Below, in pieces: positions 42,016-53,936 of a stretch of DNA of 59,091 bases. How positions within the stretch are numbered: the stretch's first letter is position 1; every line of letters starts with the position of its first letter. Below the pieces are notes generated by a model, which was not told the DNA's origin, made no database searches, and was given only the letters and a program-made list of their open reading frames with translations. Both the position numbers and the translations under genes were made by a program. The DNA is from Cenococcum geophilum (lineage: Eukaryota), in the NCBI GenBank assembly GCA_050273025.1, contig CP158635.1, forward strand, positions 33,604,001 through 33,663,091, read 5' to 3'.

Positions 42016-45000
42016 ATAGCTATAGAATAGTTTAATTAATTTTTTAAGTATATGCCTAAATATTAAATTATCCTTTATAAACGTTATAGATACGCCATTA
42101 TTTTTAAGTAAATTAAAGGGCACTTATTTAACTAATATAAGGGGGAAATACTTAAGAAAATAAGGGAAGCTATTATAGAGTTTATTAGGGGGTTAGATAA
42201 TATTACTTAGATAAAAAATAAAGTTATATACCTATATAAGTCCGTTAATATTATTTTAGGGCTTTTTATATATTATAATAGTATTATATATAAATAGAAA
42301 GGTAAAAATAGTATATTATATTTAGATATATATATTTACTAAACAACTAGAGGTATTTAAGAATATTATAAAAAAAAGTATAAATAGGTTAATTACTAAA
42401 AGTAAGGAGAAAATAGCTAAGTAAAATCTTATAAGGCTATAAATAAGTTATAGATAGTAGATTAAGATTACTAGTAATTCTTTATTTAGGGAGAGTAGTA
42501 GAGATATTTTTAAGTTATTTAGTAATAGGAGTAAATAGTATAAGAAATTAATCTAATTATTAAGCGTGCTAAGGCGGAGCTAAATTACTAAGTAAGAGAA
42601 ATCTAGAAAGTAAGAAAGGAAAAAAAGATAAAAAGGGATATTAACTAATTTATTATAAACCTATAGCTAAAATTTATTGGTTAAGAGGAGTATATATAGA
42701 AGTATATTTAATAAAAACTAATTAATTTAATATAGCTTACTATTAAAGAAGAGCTAGAAGAGCAATAGGGGTAGTAAAAATAGTAGTAGCGGTAGTAGTA
42801 GTAGCTAGACTAATTTATAGAGAGAAAAGGGGATAAAGAATTAATAGATATATATAAGGTAATAAAATAACTAATTAGGCAAGCGTTCTAAATATATTAG
42901 TTAAATATTATAGGTAAATCTATATTAGAATATATTAATAAATAAAAGGTTAGGGAGCATTTAAATAAGTAACTATTTTATATAAAATATAAGGTATAAA
43001 CAATCCGCAAATATAGTAATATATTAATTAAGATTCTCTAATACTTATAGAGAATATATATAAAGGCTAAAAGGCTATAATATATACTAACTCCGCGTTA
43101 AAAGGGATACTTATTTTCTATATAGTTACTTATTAGTAGAAATAAGAAAAAAGGCAGGTTAAATATTTACACTAAAAAATAGAAGATTAAAGATATATAT
43201 TTAGCGTTTTAAATTACTATATTTAATTATAAGCTAAAGGTAAGTAAGTATAAAAGCGGTATTATTAGTAAACTAGCGGTAATTAGGTTAAATATAAATA
43301 AGGGTAAATAAGTTAAGGGAAAAAACTTTATACTAATTTTATTAGTAATTATAGCTATAATATATATATTAGTTGCCTATTAGGCATATACAGTTTAGTA
43401 AAAAAATATCTATAAATTATAAAGACTAAGCTTAAAAGCGTACGAGAGTAAGGTAAAGGCGTTATCTACATTTAAGCTAGTAAAAAAAATAGTTTACTAG
43501 TTTATAACATTAATAATATATAAAGAAGTGCCTACTTTTATAGATTAGGTTTTATATATAAGGATATATAGGTTTAATATATAAGGATATATAGGTTTAA
43601 TATCTAATATAGTATAATTAGAAAGGAAAGGGTAGTATAAAATAGTAATAAGATCTTAATTAAGAAGCAGACCTTTATACTAGTAAATTTATAGTTAATA
43701 GTTAAGGGACTATATAAAATAGTCCGATTATAGCTACTATAAAATTTACTCTTATTAAATATTAATAAGTAAGGTATAGTCTAAAAGGGGATTATATAAC
43801 TACTAGATTTAAAGTTAAAAGAGCTATATAATAACTATACTAAAATAATAAAAGGCTAAAACTTCCTAAAAGACCCCTATAATATATTTAAAAAGAATAA
43901 TAAAAGATAGTTATTTAAATAGGTATTAGTAGAGGAGAAGCTAAAGAAGAAATTTATATATAAAGAACTAAGAGATATAAAGGGCGGCTAAGGTATTTTA
44001 TAGAAAGATTAAAACGTCTTTAACTATATATAGGCCGTATAGAGATTTAAGGAGAGACTATTTATTTTAGTCTATATAATTAGTAGTGCCTTAGCGTAAA
44101 AAACGGAGATTATAAATATTTAGTATAAAAACGGCGTAAATAGTAAAGGTATTAGAGGCGTTTATATTAATAAAGGGCTAGTTTTATTTATAATATTATA
44201 CTATAAAGGATATAACGCGAGTAAAAAGGTTAAAATTATCTATTAGTATATACTAAAAGAGGTAAGTAAAATAGTTATATATTATTTATAGCTTATTTAG
44301 CCGTTTATAGAGATTTTATAAATATTATATAAAGGGTAGAATAAAATTAAAGGCTTTCTATAAAAGTTAGAGCTAGAAAAATAATAGAGTAATAATAAGA
44401 ATAAAGAGAACGGATATAACTAAAAGGAGATAAATATAGTAAAATAAAGTAATAATAAGGGTAAGGGTAATAGAGAAAGACTATAGGACTTATTTAAATT
44501 AGAAAAGATAAGACTAAGTAATCTAGATAGGTTTTAGGGTAGTAATTATATACGTAGAGTAATATAGTAAGAGACGTTAGATAGAATAAATACGCGAATT
44601 TTTATAAGTATTTAGTAATATATCTACCTAGTAATATAAAAAGAGATAGTAAGAGATAAGGAGGTAATATAGAAATTAGATTTAGTATATAAGAATAGAA
44701 AAAGCGGTAATAAGATAGATAATATATAGGAGAGGTAATTAGGGTATTATAGGCGGATAAAGGAAATAATATATAGAAGACTGTTAATAAAATCACCGTT
44801 TTATACTATATTAGAGAGATAGAAGTTCTATAAAGTTAGTACGGATTAGTACTATATATTAGAATTTTAGTTAATATAGAAAAAAGGATATATAGATCTA
44901 GATATATAGTAATAAATATAGGTAGAGTAGAAATAGAAGGAGTTTTAGTAATAGAGTACGTTATATAAAACGGATTTAAAAAGGTAGTTTAAATAGCTAG

Positions 45001-46946
45001 TAGGACTATAAGTAGAGTTTTAAGGGCTATAGAAAGCCGGATTAAAGGTAATTATATAATAATAGTTATAAGTACTAATTATTATATATATAGAAGGTAG
45101 GAAAAGCCTTTTCTTTATATTATTAGCGGCGAGTATAAGGATAGGGGTAATAATAGTAATTATACTACTAAGTTCGCTATAAGAGGACTTAAAAGATAGA
45201 TATAATAAGGTAGAAATTAGCTATATAAAGTAAAATAGGTAAAGGCTGCCCTATTAGGCTAGTATTATATTAGCTATACTAAAAGCAGCGGTATTAATAG
45301 TGTTTAGTAGGTTTATTAATAAAAAGAGGGTAATAAAGTAGCTAGATTAGATTATAATTAATAAGTGCTATATAGTATTAGATTTAGATAATAAATAGTA
45401 GCTAGGTATATTAAAGCTAGTAAAGATAATAAAAAAGTAAATATAATTTATATATTTAATAGTAATATTATTATTAAGAAATAAAATCCAATTTTATAAA
45501 GTAATAGGATTAGATAAAAAATATATAGTTAAGTTTTAGAAAAAGATAATAAAAATAAATATAAAGTATTAGGTAGATTTATATAAAAGGGTATAAAAGG
45601 ATAATAAAGTATAAAGGCTAGTTAAGAAGAAGAAAAAGCAGTATTTTATACTAGGGTAGATTATTATATACTATAAGGAGATCGTATAGGCTAAAAGGGT
45701 AGTAAAGGTAGTAGGTTATAGCGTATATTATTATAATATAGTAATAGATATAAAGAAGCGGATTTTATAGTAGCTAACTAATAGGTAAAAGTAAGTATTT
45801 ATAGTAATAAATATATTAGGGTTAGGTATTAATATACTAATAATATAAGTAGTAATATATATAGAAATACTAAAGAAAATACGCGACTATATATAGGAGA
45901 GTAAAAAAGTAAAATAAAACGAATTAAAAAGTAAAATAATTATTATATAGGCGTTATAGATAGGAAGAGATAAAAGGAAAGTAAAGGAGTAGGGATAAAA
46001 GGTAAATAATATAATAAAGAAGTTTATATTAAATAAAACTTATAAATAGATTACTTTAAATAAGGAAATAAATAAATAGACTAATTAGCTAGGTTATAAA
46101 ATAGGGGAGAAGAAGTATAATATATACTTAGGCAACCTAAGAGAAATAAAGAAAGAAAAAGTAGTAATAAAAAATTAAGAAGTAACTCTAAGTAAGCGGC
46201 TAAATATAGGTCTTATTAATAGCGCTAAATAGTTAGCTATAATAAGTAAGTTTAAAGAAAAAGATAAGTATTTAGTAAAAGAAATAGATAAAGACGGAGG
46301 TAAGTTAGATATAAAGGGGACTAAATTAAATAATAAAGAAAATAATAGATTAGAAGGAAATAAAGAAGTAATAGATATATAAAATAAATTTATAATAAAG
46401 AGATAGTATTAGAATATTATATAATAAAGGAGAATAAAATAGTATATAAGTAAGAGATTATAAATAAAAGATTTACTAAGCTAGTTTAAGAACTAAAAAA
46501 ATAGTTATATTATATATAAGGTATAATATAGGGAGGTAATAAAGTATAAATAGGAGAGCTGCGCGGATATAAAAGAGGTAAAGATAATAAAGTAATAAGT
46601 AGAGATTATAGAAAGGGTCTAATTTTAGTAATATTTATAATATAATATGTACTAGGCGCCGTAATATATTTACTATTTATAGAAGAAAAACTTAAAAAGA
46701 GGATAGGGTTTTTAATAAAGAGGAAGAGGTTATTATTAATATTTAGGGGTATTAAAGGAAGTAGTAATAACAATATTAGGGTTTATAGATAAAGAGGTTT
46801 AAAAGTAGGTCTATATAAAACTATAGAAGAAAGAAATAGTATTAGAAGATAAGAAGTAAAATATATTAAAATAGTTAGGTAAAAAGGATAAGATTATAGG
46901 AAAAGAGATAATAAATATATATTAGTTATTTTATATTTAGGGCTAG
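42016..46946 (+). pseudogene. RIP-inactivated TLH-type RecQ helicase (copy 2, divergent from copy 1)
   Basis: N-terminal FKYMPEYQIILCKRCRYA..HL at ~42040; GGGKSLFFML ~45090; IIIDECH 45351; YLTATLP ~45452; ATNALGLGID..DYAQESGRAGRDG ~45800-45920 (de-RIPed). A 23-bp tandem duplication at 43558-43603 accounts for a frame offset. Confidence 0.88.
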
Positions 46947-47004
46947 AATTAATAATTAGCTACTATAATATACTATTTTCTATTAGCACTATAATAAAGA
47001 AAGT

Positions 47005-47472
47005 TTTAATATATTTATATATTAGGGGAAGTTAATTTTAGTATATTAATATAGTTTAAGAAGTTAATTTCGGCATATTAATATACTAAAATTAAATTTA
47101 TAAAAATAGAAAATAGTTAGTTTAAGATAAGTATTAAAATAGGTATTAAGATAAGTATTAAGATAAGTATTAAAATAGGTATTAAGATAGGTGTTAAGAT
47201 AAGTATTAAGATAGGTATTAAGATAAGTATTAAGAGAAGTTAATTTTAATATATTAATATACTAAAATATAATATAGTTTAAGATAAGTATTAAGATAAG
47301 TATTAAGATAAGTATTAAAATAAATATTAAGATAGGTATTAAGATAGGTATTAAGATAAGTATTTAAAAAAAGTTAATTTTAGTATATTAATATATTAAG
47401 AGAAGTATTAAAATAGGTATTAAAATAAGTATTAAAATAAGTTAATTTAGGTATATTAATATACTAAAATTA
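47005..47472. repeat. Composite array: palindrome copies alternating with runs of a 13-bp unit (aagataagtatta)
   Basis: Palindrome at ~47031, 47063 (aatttcggcatattaatatactaaaatt), 47239, 47373, 47441; 13-mers at ~47124-47235, 47281-47365, 47398-47440. Confidence 0.85.
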
Positions 47473-47924
47473 GGGTATTTAATTTAGATTTTATATAATT
47501 AATTTTAAAGTAAAAAAAAAAGTAGTTTTAAAAGTAAAAAGTAATATTTAAGTAAAAGGGGAAGTATTAATATTACCTAAGTGTATTTATATAGCCTATT
47601 AATTATATATAAAGTTAGTTAATTTATAAGTATTAAAGGTAGAGAATTATAAAGATTATAGTGCCTATTGTTAAGGGGGCGGTAAATTATACTGGAATCC
47701 GGACAAACGTAGTTAGTATTTAGGGTTGCGCTAACTAAAAACTAATAATTCCTCGGTGGGATCCGTTAGGTAGGATTTATTCTCTAAATACCCCCGTAAT
47801 AATACTTTAAACACATTCTTTTCTATATAAAAGTTGTTTAGTATATTAAGTTTAATCGTTTTAAAGTATTAGATTAAGAATTACACTATATTACTATTAA
47901 CTTAGGGTTAGTGTAGGAGTTATA

Positions 47925-48368
47925 ATATAGGTTTGCCGGAACCCGTAAGCTAGAATATAACGCTAGTATTAATAATAATGTTAATAACCGCAATAATAAC
48001 AAATACTAATAGTAGTAGCGCTATTACTAGTTACTTAATTATTAATATATATATAAGCTTCCTACTTTATCTATTAAGAATTAATATTCTAGTAGTGTAT
48101 AGGGGCTGGTAAACCAGCCTCCTTAATATTATATTATATGGCTACTAGCCTTCCCTAGATAGATAAATTAAGTTAAGTATTATATTCTATTATTTTAGTA
48201 TATTAATATGCCAAAAAAGGGTTAGGTATTAGTAGCAGAATTAAGCATTATATTTTTATATTTGGGGTCGTAATAGAGGTTTGCTAGAACTTACGGGCTA
48301 GAATATAATACGAATTAATACTAGCGTTAATAACCGCAGCAACAATAAATACTAATAGTAGTAGCACT
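47925..48368. repeat. ~100-bp direct duplication (47925-48022 and 48275-48368) overlapping the start of TLH copy 3
   Basis: aggtttgccggaacccgtaagctagaatata..gttaataaccgcaa..aatactaatagtagtagc is present twice. Confidence 0.75.
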
Positions 48369-51300
48369 TAACCGCCTAACTGGTTTTTGTATTACGACCC
48401 TAATTATAAAGTACTAATATATAAAGAACACGGCTATATAATTTGAAATCTGCGGTTATATTTATGTAACTATTACTTAATATGGCAAAAGATATAAAAG
48501 GAACTTATTAAAAAGTATAGTAAATACGCTCTGTTAGGCCCGAGGGATATGCCGCTATTGCCGCCGTTTAGACTACCGTTTAAAATACTGCGTAAGCTAA
48601 TAGATGCTTTTTTATGCGATGAGGAAGTATGTAGGTTTATTAGCATAAATTATGACGGAGTATGGAAGTATAGTAAAAAGATATACGGATAGAAATTAAC
48701 TTAGTAAAACCGGGAGTATTAGACAAATGTTAAAGTGCAAACATTTTTTACTAGTAGTGGCTTTTAGCGCTACTTTACTGTATATGTACCAGAACTGGAG
48801 GGCGAGGTGGCTTTACGCGCGGTTAATAAGGGCGATAAGGAATTTGTATAAGCTATGCTAAGTAAATAGAAGAAGGCTAATGAGGACTATAAAAAAGGAC
48901 TAGAGGTAGCGGACGCTGAAGTAGCAAAGATAGATTAAATAGGATGGTATAACTGTATAGGCTGGTTAGAGTATATAGTAAAACGCAATCTAATATATCT
49001 TATATATGTAAGGTAATTACTAGACTAAGATAAGAAGGAGTTAAAGTAAGTATATAGCGTATTAGATATATTAATAGAGAGATATATATTTAAACTATTG
49101 ACGCTTGCTTATAAGATAAGGCGATAGCTTAGAAGCGCGAAGCGTAAAGAGGTTAATGTTAGGCCGATAGGGCGGTTAGAAAACGCGGATAGTTAGGAGT
49201 GGTATACTAGGTACTAGCAGTAGTTTATCTATTATTATCTACGGCTTATTACTGTAAAAGAGGCAGAAGGGGATAATGTTGTACTTAGGCGAGATATAGA
49301 TAACAATAAAGATACTAGTAGTAAAAATGTAGAGAGTATAACTGGAGGGATAAACGAGAACGGCGATAATAATAATAGTAATGATGATGATAATAAGGGG
49401 GTAGAAGACGATAAGGATAATAAGGGTGGGGAAAACAATAAGAATAACGCTTAGTTTCTTAGAGATGGCTAAGAGCTTTTTTAATAGTAGGACGAATAAA
49501 AAGAAGTTATAAAGAATCTATAGTATGTGCTATAAGTAGGAGAGAATAAGGAGAGTATTGTAAAATGGGTGCTTTAACTCTCGGCTTCGTTTATATTCCG
49601 GAATATTAGTAATAATCCGTTTAACAGCGGACTTATTTACTTTCTTATGGTGCTAGGGATTAATAAGGAACTAAGGAGACTCTAAATGGTAAATGACTTC
49701 TTATATATGCTTATAGGCATAGTCTACTGTGTATGGGCGCTTGTGGTTAAATAGCTACTTTTGTTAGTAGAAAGAGAGAGGTAAAAGGAAGCTAAGTGGG
49801 AGAAGTTTCTTACTAAGCAGAAGCAATTTCTAGCCGATGGGTCTTTTAGCCCGATAAGTATAATAATTAGCTTACTGGTGTATAGTAAGGTAGTTGTATT
49901 AAATTATAACAATCTGGGCAGTATCTATTGGTTAAAAGATAAGAAGATTATCTATTTATATAGGCGGCTGGTTATAATTAAACGGTTTTAGATAATAATT
50001 TAAGATGCGGTTATTAAAGCCGAGTGGATGCTATGGTAGGAGCTAATATGGGTTTGCGGGTAAAGGGGGCGGTTTACTATTCCGCTAGATAAGATTAAGG
50101 ATAACGTAACGTTTATAAAATGGGGGATTTTGTTTATAAATAAGTTAAGTAATAGGCTAGCTAGCGGGCTGGAATAGATGCTTAGGTAGATGTAATAAAG
50201 TAAAGTAGATAAGAAAATGTAGGTAAAGAAGGGGTGGTATGTACGGCGGGTCCGGCGATATATTTAAAAAGTTAATAGGTTTTTTAAGCTACTGCTATTT
50301 ATAGTATATATAATAGCAGGATAGCCGGCTAGGGGTACTAAAATTATATTATGCTAGTATTAGAACGGGCTTCTATAGGACTAGAACATTTTTGTTATAG
50401 ATGGATAGGTAGTGTTTATTACTTATTATTATAAGTTGTAGTCGCTTATTAACGCGCTAAAGGTTATACCGCGGTTTTTGCCGTGGAGGGTAGGTTAGCT
50501 AGTGGTATTATATTTAGCGTATATACTGCTGTTTTAGGAGAGGCTTATAAAGTAGGTTTAGCGCTATAAATGAAGCGACTATATCTAGGCTGGTAAGCAT
50601 AGACTGTAGGAGACAGACCGTCTTATGCGGGTAATTAAGGTGTAGTCTTTATAGGCACTTTAAAATAAGCTGTATACGCTTAACTATTAGTATATAGCTA
50701 TTGCGATCGGACGGGTCTTTATGGATAAGATATTTGGGGTAGGCACTTAAGACAATATTAGTAAGGTTAAGGAAGTAGAAGTTAAGGAGGAGAGTATACT
50801 AGAGATATTAGCTAGGCGGATGGAGAGGATAGGGGTTAATTGATATGGAGTGTTGAGCGATATTATTAAGCACTTAAGCATCCAATTAGTAAAAACATTT
50901 TGACTGCTTAGTAAAGTATAGTACCGGTTTTTAGGTATAGAGGGCGTAGATAATATAAGAGCGGGAGAGTTAAAGGTAGTAAAGGTAGGGTAAAAGTGTG
51001 TATAAGGGTGGTTGGACGCTTTAAGTATATAGCTGGTAATATGGAAAACGGGGCTGGGAATAAGAGAGTATAGGGTGGAGTAAATTAAAAGAGCAATGTA
51101 ATAGGCGCTTGGTAGTAGTAAAGTGTTATTCTAGTTAGATAAGTAGAAGTGGGGAGTAGAGGCTATACTAGTAGGATATACGCCGCTAGTTGTAATACTG
51201 CTAATAGGAGAAGGGAAGAGCTTATTGTTTATGGCGCTGGCATATCTAGACGACCCTAGTGTTACTATTATGGTTATACCGTTTTAGGCACTACTGGGCA

Positions 51301-53591
51301 ATATAGTAGACTGGTTAAAAAAGGCGTGGATAGAGTATATAGAGTAAAAGGCAGGAGAGAATAATATGGTAGCTATAGTAGTGGTAAGCGCGGATATAGT
51401 ATTTAGCTGGGGATTTTTTAACTACGCCTTACGATTAAACTAAGATAAATTACTTTGGCGGGTGGTAATTAATAAGTGTTATCTAACGTTTATATTAAGT
51501 AACTGGCGGCCGAAGTTAGCGGAGCTTTAAAATTTACGACTGCTGTAGTGTCCGATAATACTGCTTATAGTAACGCTGCCCCTACTACTAGAGTAGGAGC
51601 TAAGCTCGGTTATACTTATACTATTGGTTATGTATATATAAGTAAGTATGGTATAAGTAAAGACACAGTATATGGTATAGTGGTGTTAGGTTAGGAAGAT
51701 TTTGGAAATAGTAGTGGTAATATATAAGAGATAAGGTTAAAGACTGGATAGTATAAAGGGAGTAATCTACTGTTGTAGTTGAGAGCAATATAAGGAGCTG
51801 GCTTGCTTACTTTTATGCGCGTATTATTATATAGGGTTAGTTAATAGAGAGGACTAACTATTAAAGTGGGTTAAAGAGGGGGGCTTTATCGTTGTAATAT
51901 TAGCTCTTAGGACTGGGGTAGACTTTGTGGGTATTGTGTTTATGCTTTATATAGGGCTACTATATGGGATAATTAACTATGCGTAAGAAAGCGGTCGGGT
52001 GGGACGTGGGGGGGAGGTAGTAAACTTAGTGGTGCTCTTAGAAACTAGCGAGGTAGAAAGGTAGGCTATAAGGAAGGCGGGCTTAGTTGATAGGTTAGTA
52101 ATGGTGGCTTTTATTTAGACGACGGGCTGTTGGTAAGGGGCTATAAGTAGGTATTTAGATGGTAAAGAGGTTATATATATGGATATGGACTACGTAGCAT
52201 GCGATAGATATGGTGAGGGTTTAGTGGACTGGTAGAGTTTGTAGGGTTAAGATATAGATAAAGAATATTAGGTACGGAAGCTAATAGATGAACTGGCGGA
52301 TAGCTGTGCGGTATGCTAGATACTGGATTTAAAAGATGACTTATATTTATATTTGTTGGCTAGGTATTAGAAATTTGAGGGCTTAGGGTAGATAGGTTAT
52401 AATAAGTTTTAAAGTTAGATTTGGTATAATAAGAGCAGTTATATGTATATAAAGTGTGGAATTAGTTAGAAGCTATGTATAACGGGAAAGAGTAACTTAG
52501 AAAAATGTTAGTGGTTAAACGTGTTAGTCCTGGTTGTTAGGGTGGTAGTAAAAACGGCTTATAGGTTAGATATTATCTATAAGGCTGGCTACTTAACGGA
52601 GCTAGGTGGTAGGTTAGAGGAATATAGTAAATGGTTAGAATAGCGATATAGTCGGTAAGTATAGGGAATGTTAATAAGTAATGTAATAGTTGTATTTATT
52701 AAAATAATACTCTATATAAGTGGTGGGAGAGAATAGGTAGTATATAGGGAAGAGGTTAAGGTTAAGCAAGAGGTTAAAAAGATATTTAAAGTGGAAGATA
52801 TAAATAAGGTAGAAGGGAGATGAGAAGTATCTAAGTTTAATTTGGGATTTATAAGTTAATTAGGGTTAGAAGATAAAAGGGAATTGTAGATAGGAGAATT
52901 AGAAGATTATAGTGAGGATGAAGAGGATAAAGAGGATAAAGAGAATAAAGAGGAGAAAAAGAATAAAGAGGATAAAGAGAATAAAGAGGATAAAGAGAAT
53001 AAAGAGGATAAAGAGAATGAAGAGGATAAAGAGGATAAAGAGGATAAAGAAGATGAAAAGGATAAGGAGAATAAGGAAGGTGAAGAGGAGGGTAAGGATA
53101 TATTATAGTTAATAGGGAGGCAGTTATAAGAGTGGAAAGATAGGTGTGTGGTATATAAAGCGGTAAATAGAGTATAGAAATATAGATTGGCGGATTATAT
53201 AAATGAGTAAGGTCAATATATTAGGAGGATATAGGTAGCAATTACGGATTTAATTAGAAAGGTTAAGAAAATAGGTTATTTTAAATGTAGGGCCCCCTAA
53301 AGGGTTTATATAAGGTGGATAGATAATAAAAAAAGTAGGTTTAGGTAGATAGGAAAGCATTATTAATACTTAGGGGTAATGGTAAGCGTAATAGTTGGAA
53401 TATCGGTTTTATATAATAGGGTTAGAAGGAAGTGAAAGGAGAGATTAGAAAAGGTAGGTATGGATATTAAAGACTATAAGGGGCTAGGGGCATATTTAAA
53501 GAAGTAATGGATTAGTAGTGGATTTAAAAGTAATAATTTAATATAGGAATTCTTATGGATAATAAGAAGGGCAGAGGGTTTAGGTTTATAG
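48330..53591 (+). pseudogene. RIP-inactivated TLH-type RecQ helicase (copy 3, best preserved), about 1750 codons in one frame, with acidic tracts and a repeated C-terminal Cys module
   Basis: YYDPNYKVLICKEHGYA ~48390; VQTFF..RYF ~48735; GQPARGTE 50319-50342; LPTGGGKSLLFMAPA ~51198; VVIDECHL 51462; LLTATLP 51561; DYAQESGRAGRGG 51975; CRR..YLDG 52128; CxxC motifs ~52200, 52305, 52444, 53146, 53280. Start codon position is approximate. Confidence 0.92.
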
Positions 53592-53624
53592 TTTTATTAT
53601 AATAGTAATATAAGATATTTATAA

Positions 53625-53936
53625 TTTTTTAATATATTAATATAGTAAAATTAAGTTATTTTAACTTCTTTTAGTATATTAGCATGCTAAAATTAACTAG
53701 TTTGGTATGTTAATATGCCGAAATTAACAAGTTTAGTATATTGGTATGCTAAAAATTAACTAGTTTAATATGTTAATATACCGAAATTAAGATCTTTAGT
53801 ATATTAGCATGCTGAAATTAACTAGTTTAATATATTAACATGCCGAAATTAATATCTTTAGTATATTGGCATGCTGAAATTAACTAGTTTGGTATGTTAA
53901 TATGCCGAAATCAACTTCTAATAGTATATTAATATA
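53625..53936. repeat. Tandem array of about 9-10 ~31-bp units, each holding the palindrome TTTCGGCATG-TTRR-CATGCCGAAA (de-RIP consensus)
   Basis: Units such as tttggtatgttaatatgccgaaatt, tttagtatattggcatgctgaaatt, tttaatatattaacatgccgaaatt. Confidence 0.85.

Noticed and set aside
44602..49438. Minus-strand ORFs 44602-44796 and 49235-49438
   Set aside because: Antisense to TLH relics; low-complexity composition.
52912..53112. 66-aa K/R/I-rich ORF
   Set aside because: Off-frame reading of the RIPed acidic tract of TLH copy 3.
53625..53936. CRISPR-like look of the palindromic array
   Set aside because: Linkers are only ~7 bp and recurrent, no unique spacers, no cas genes, eukaryotic context.
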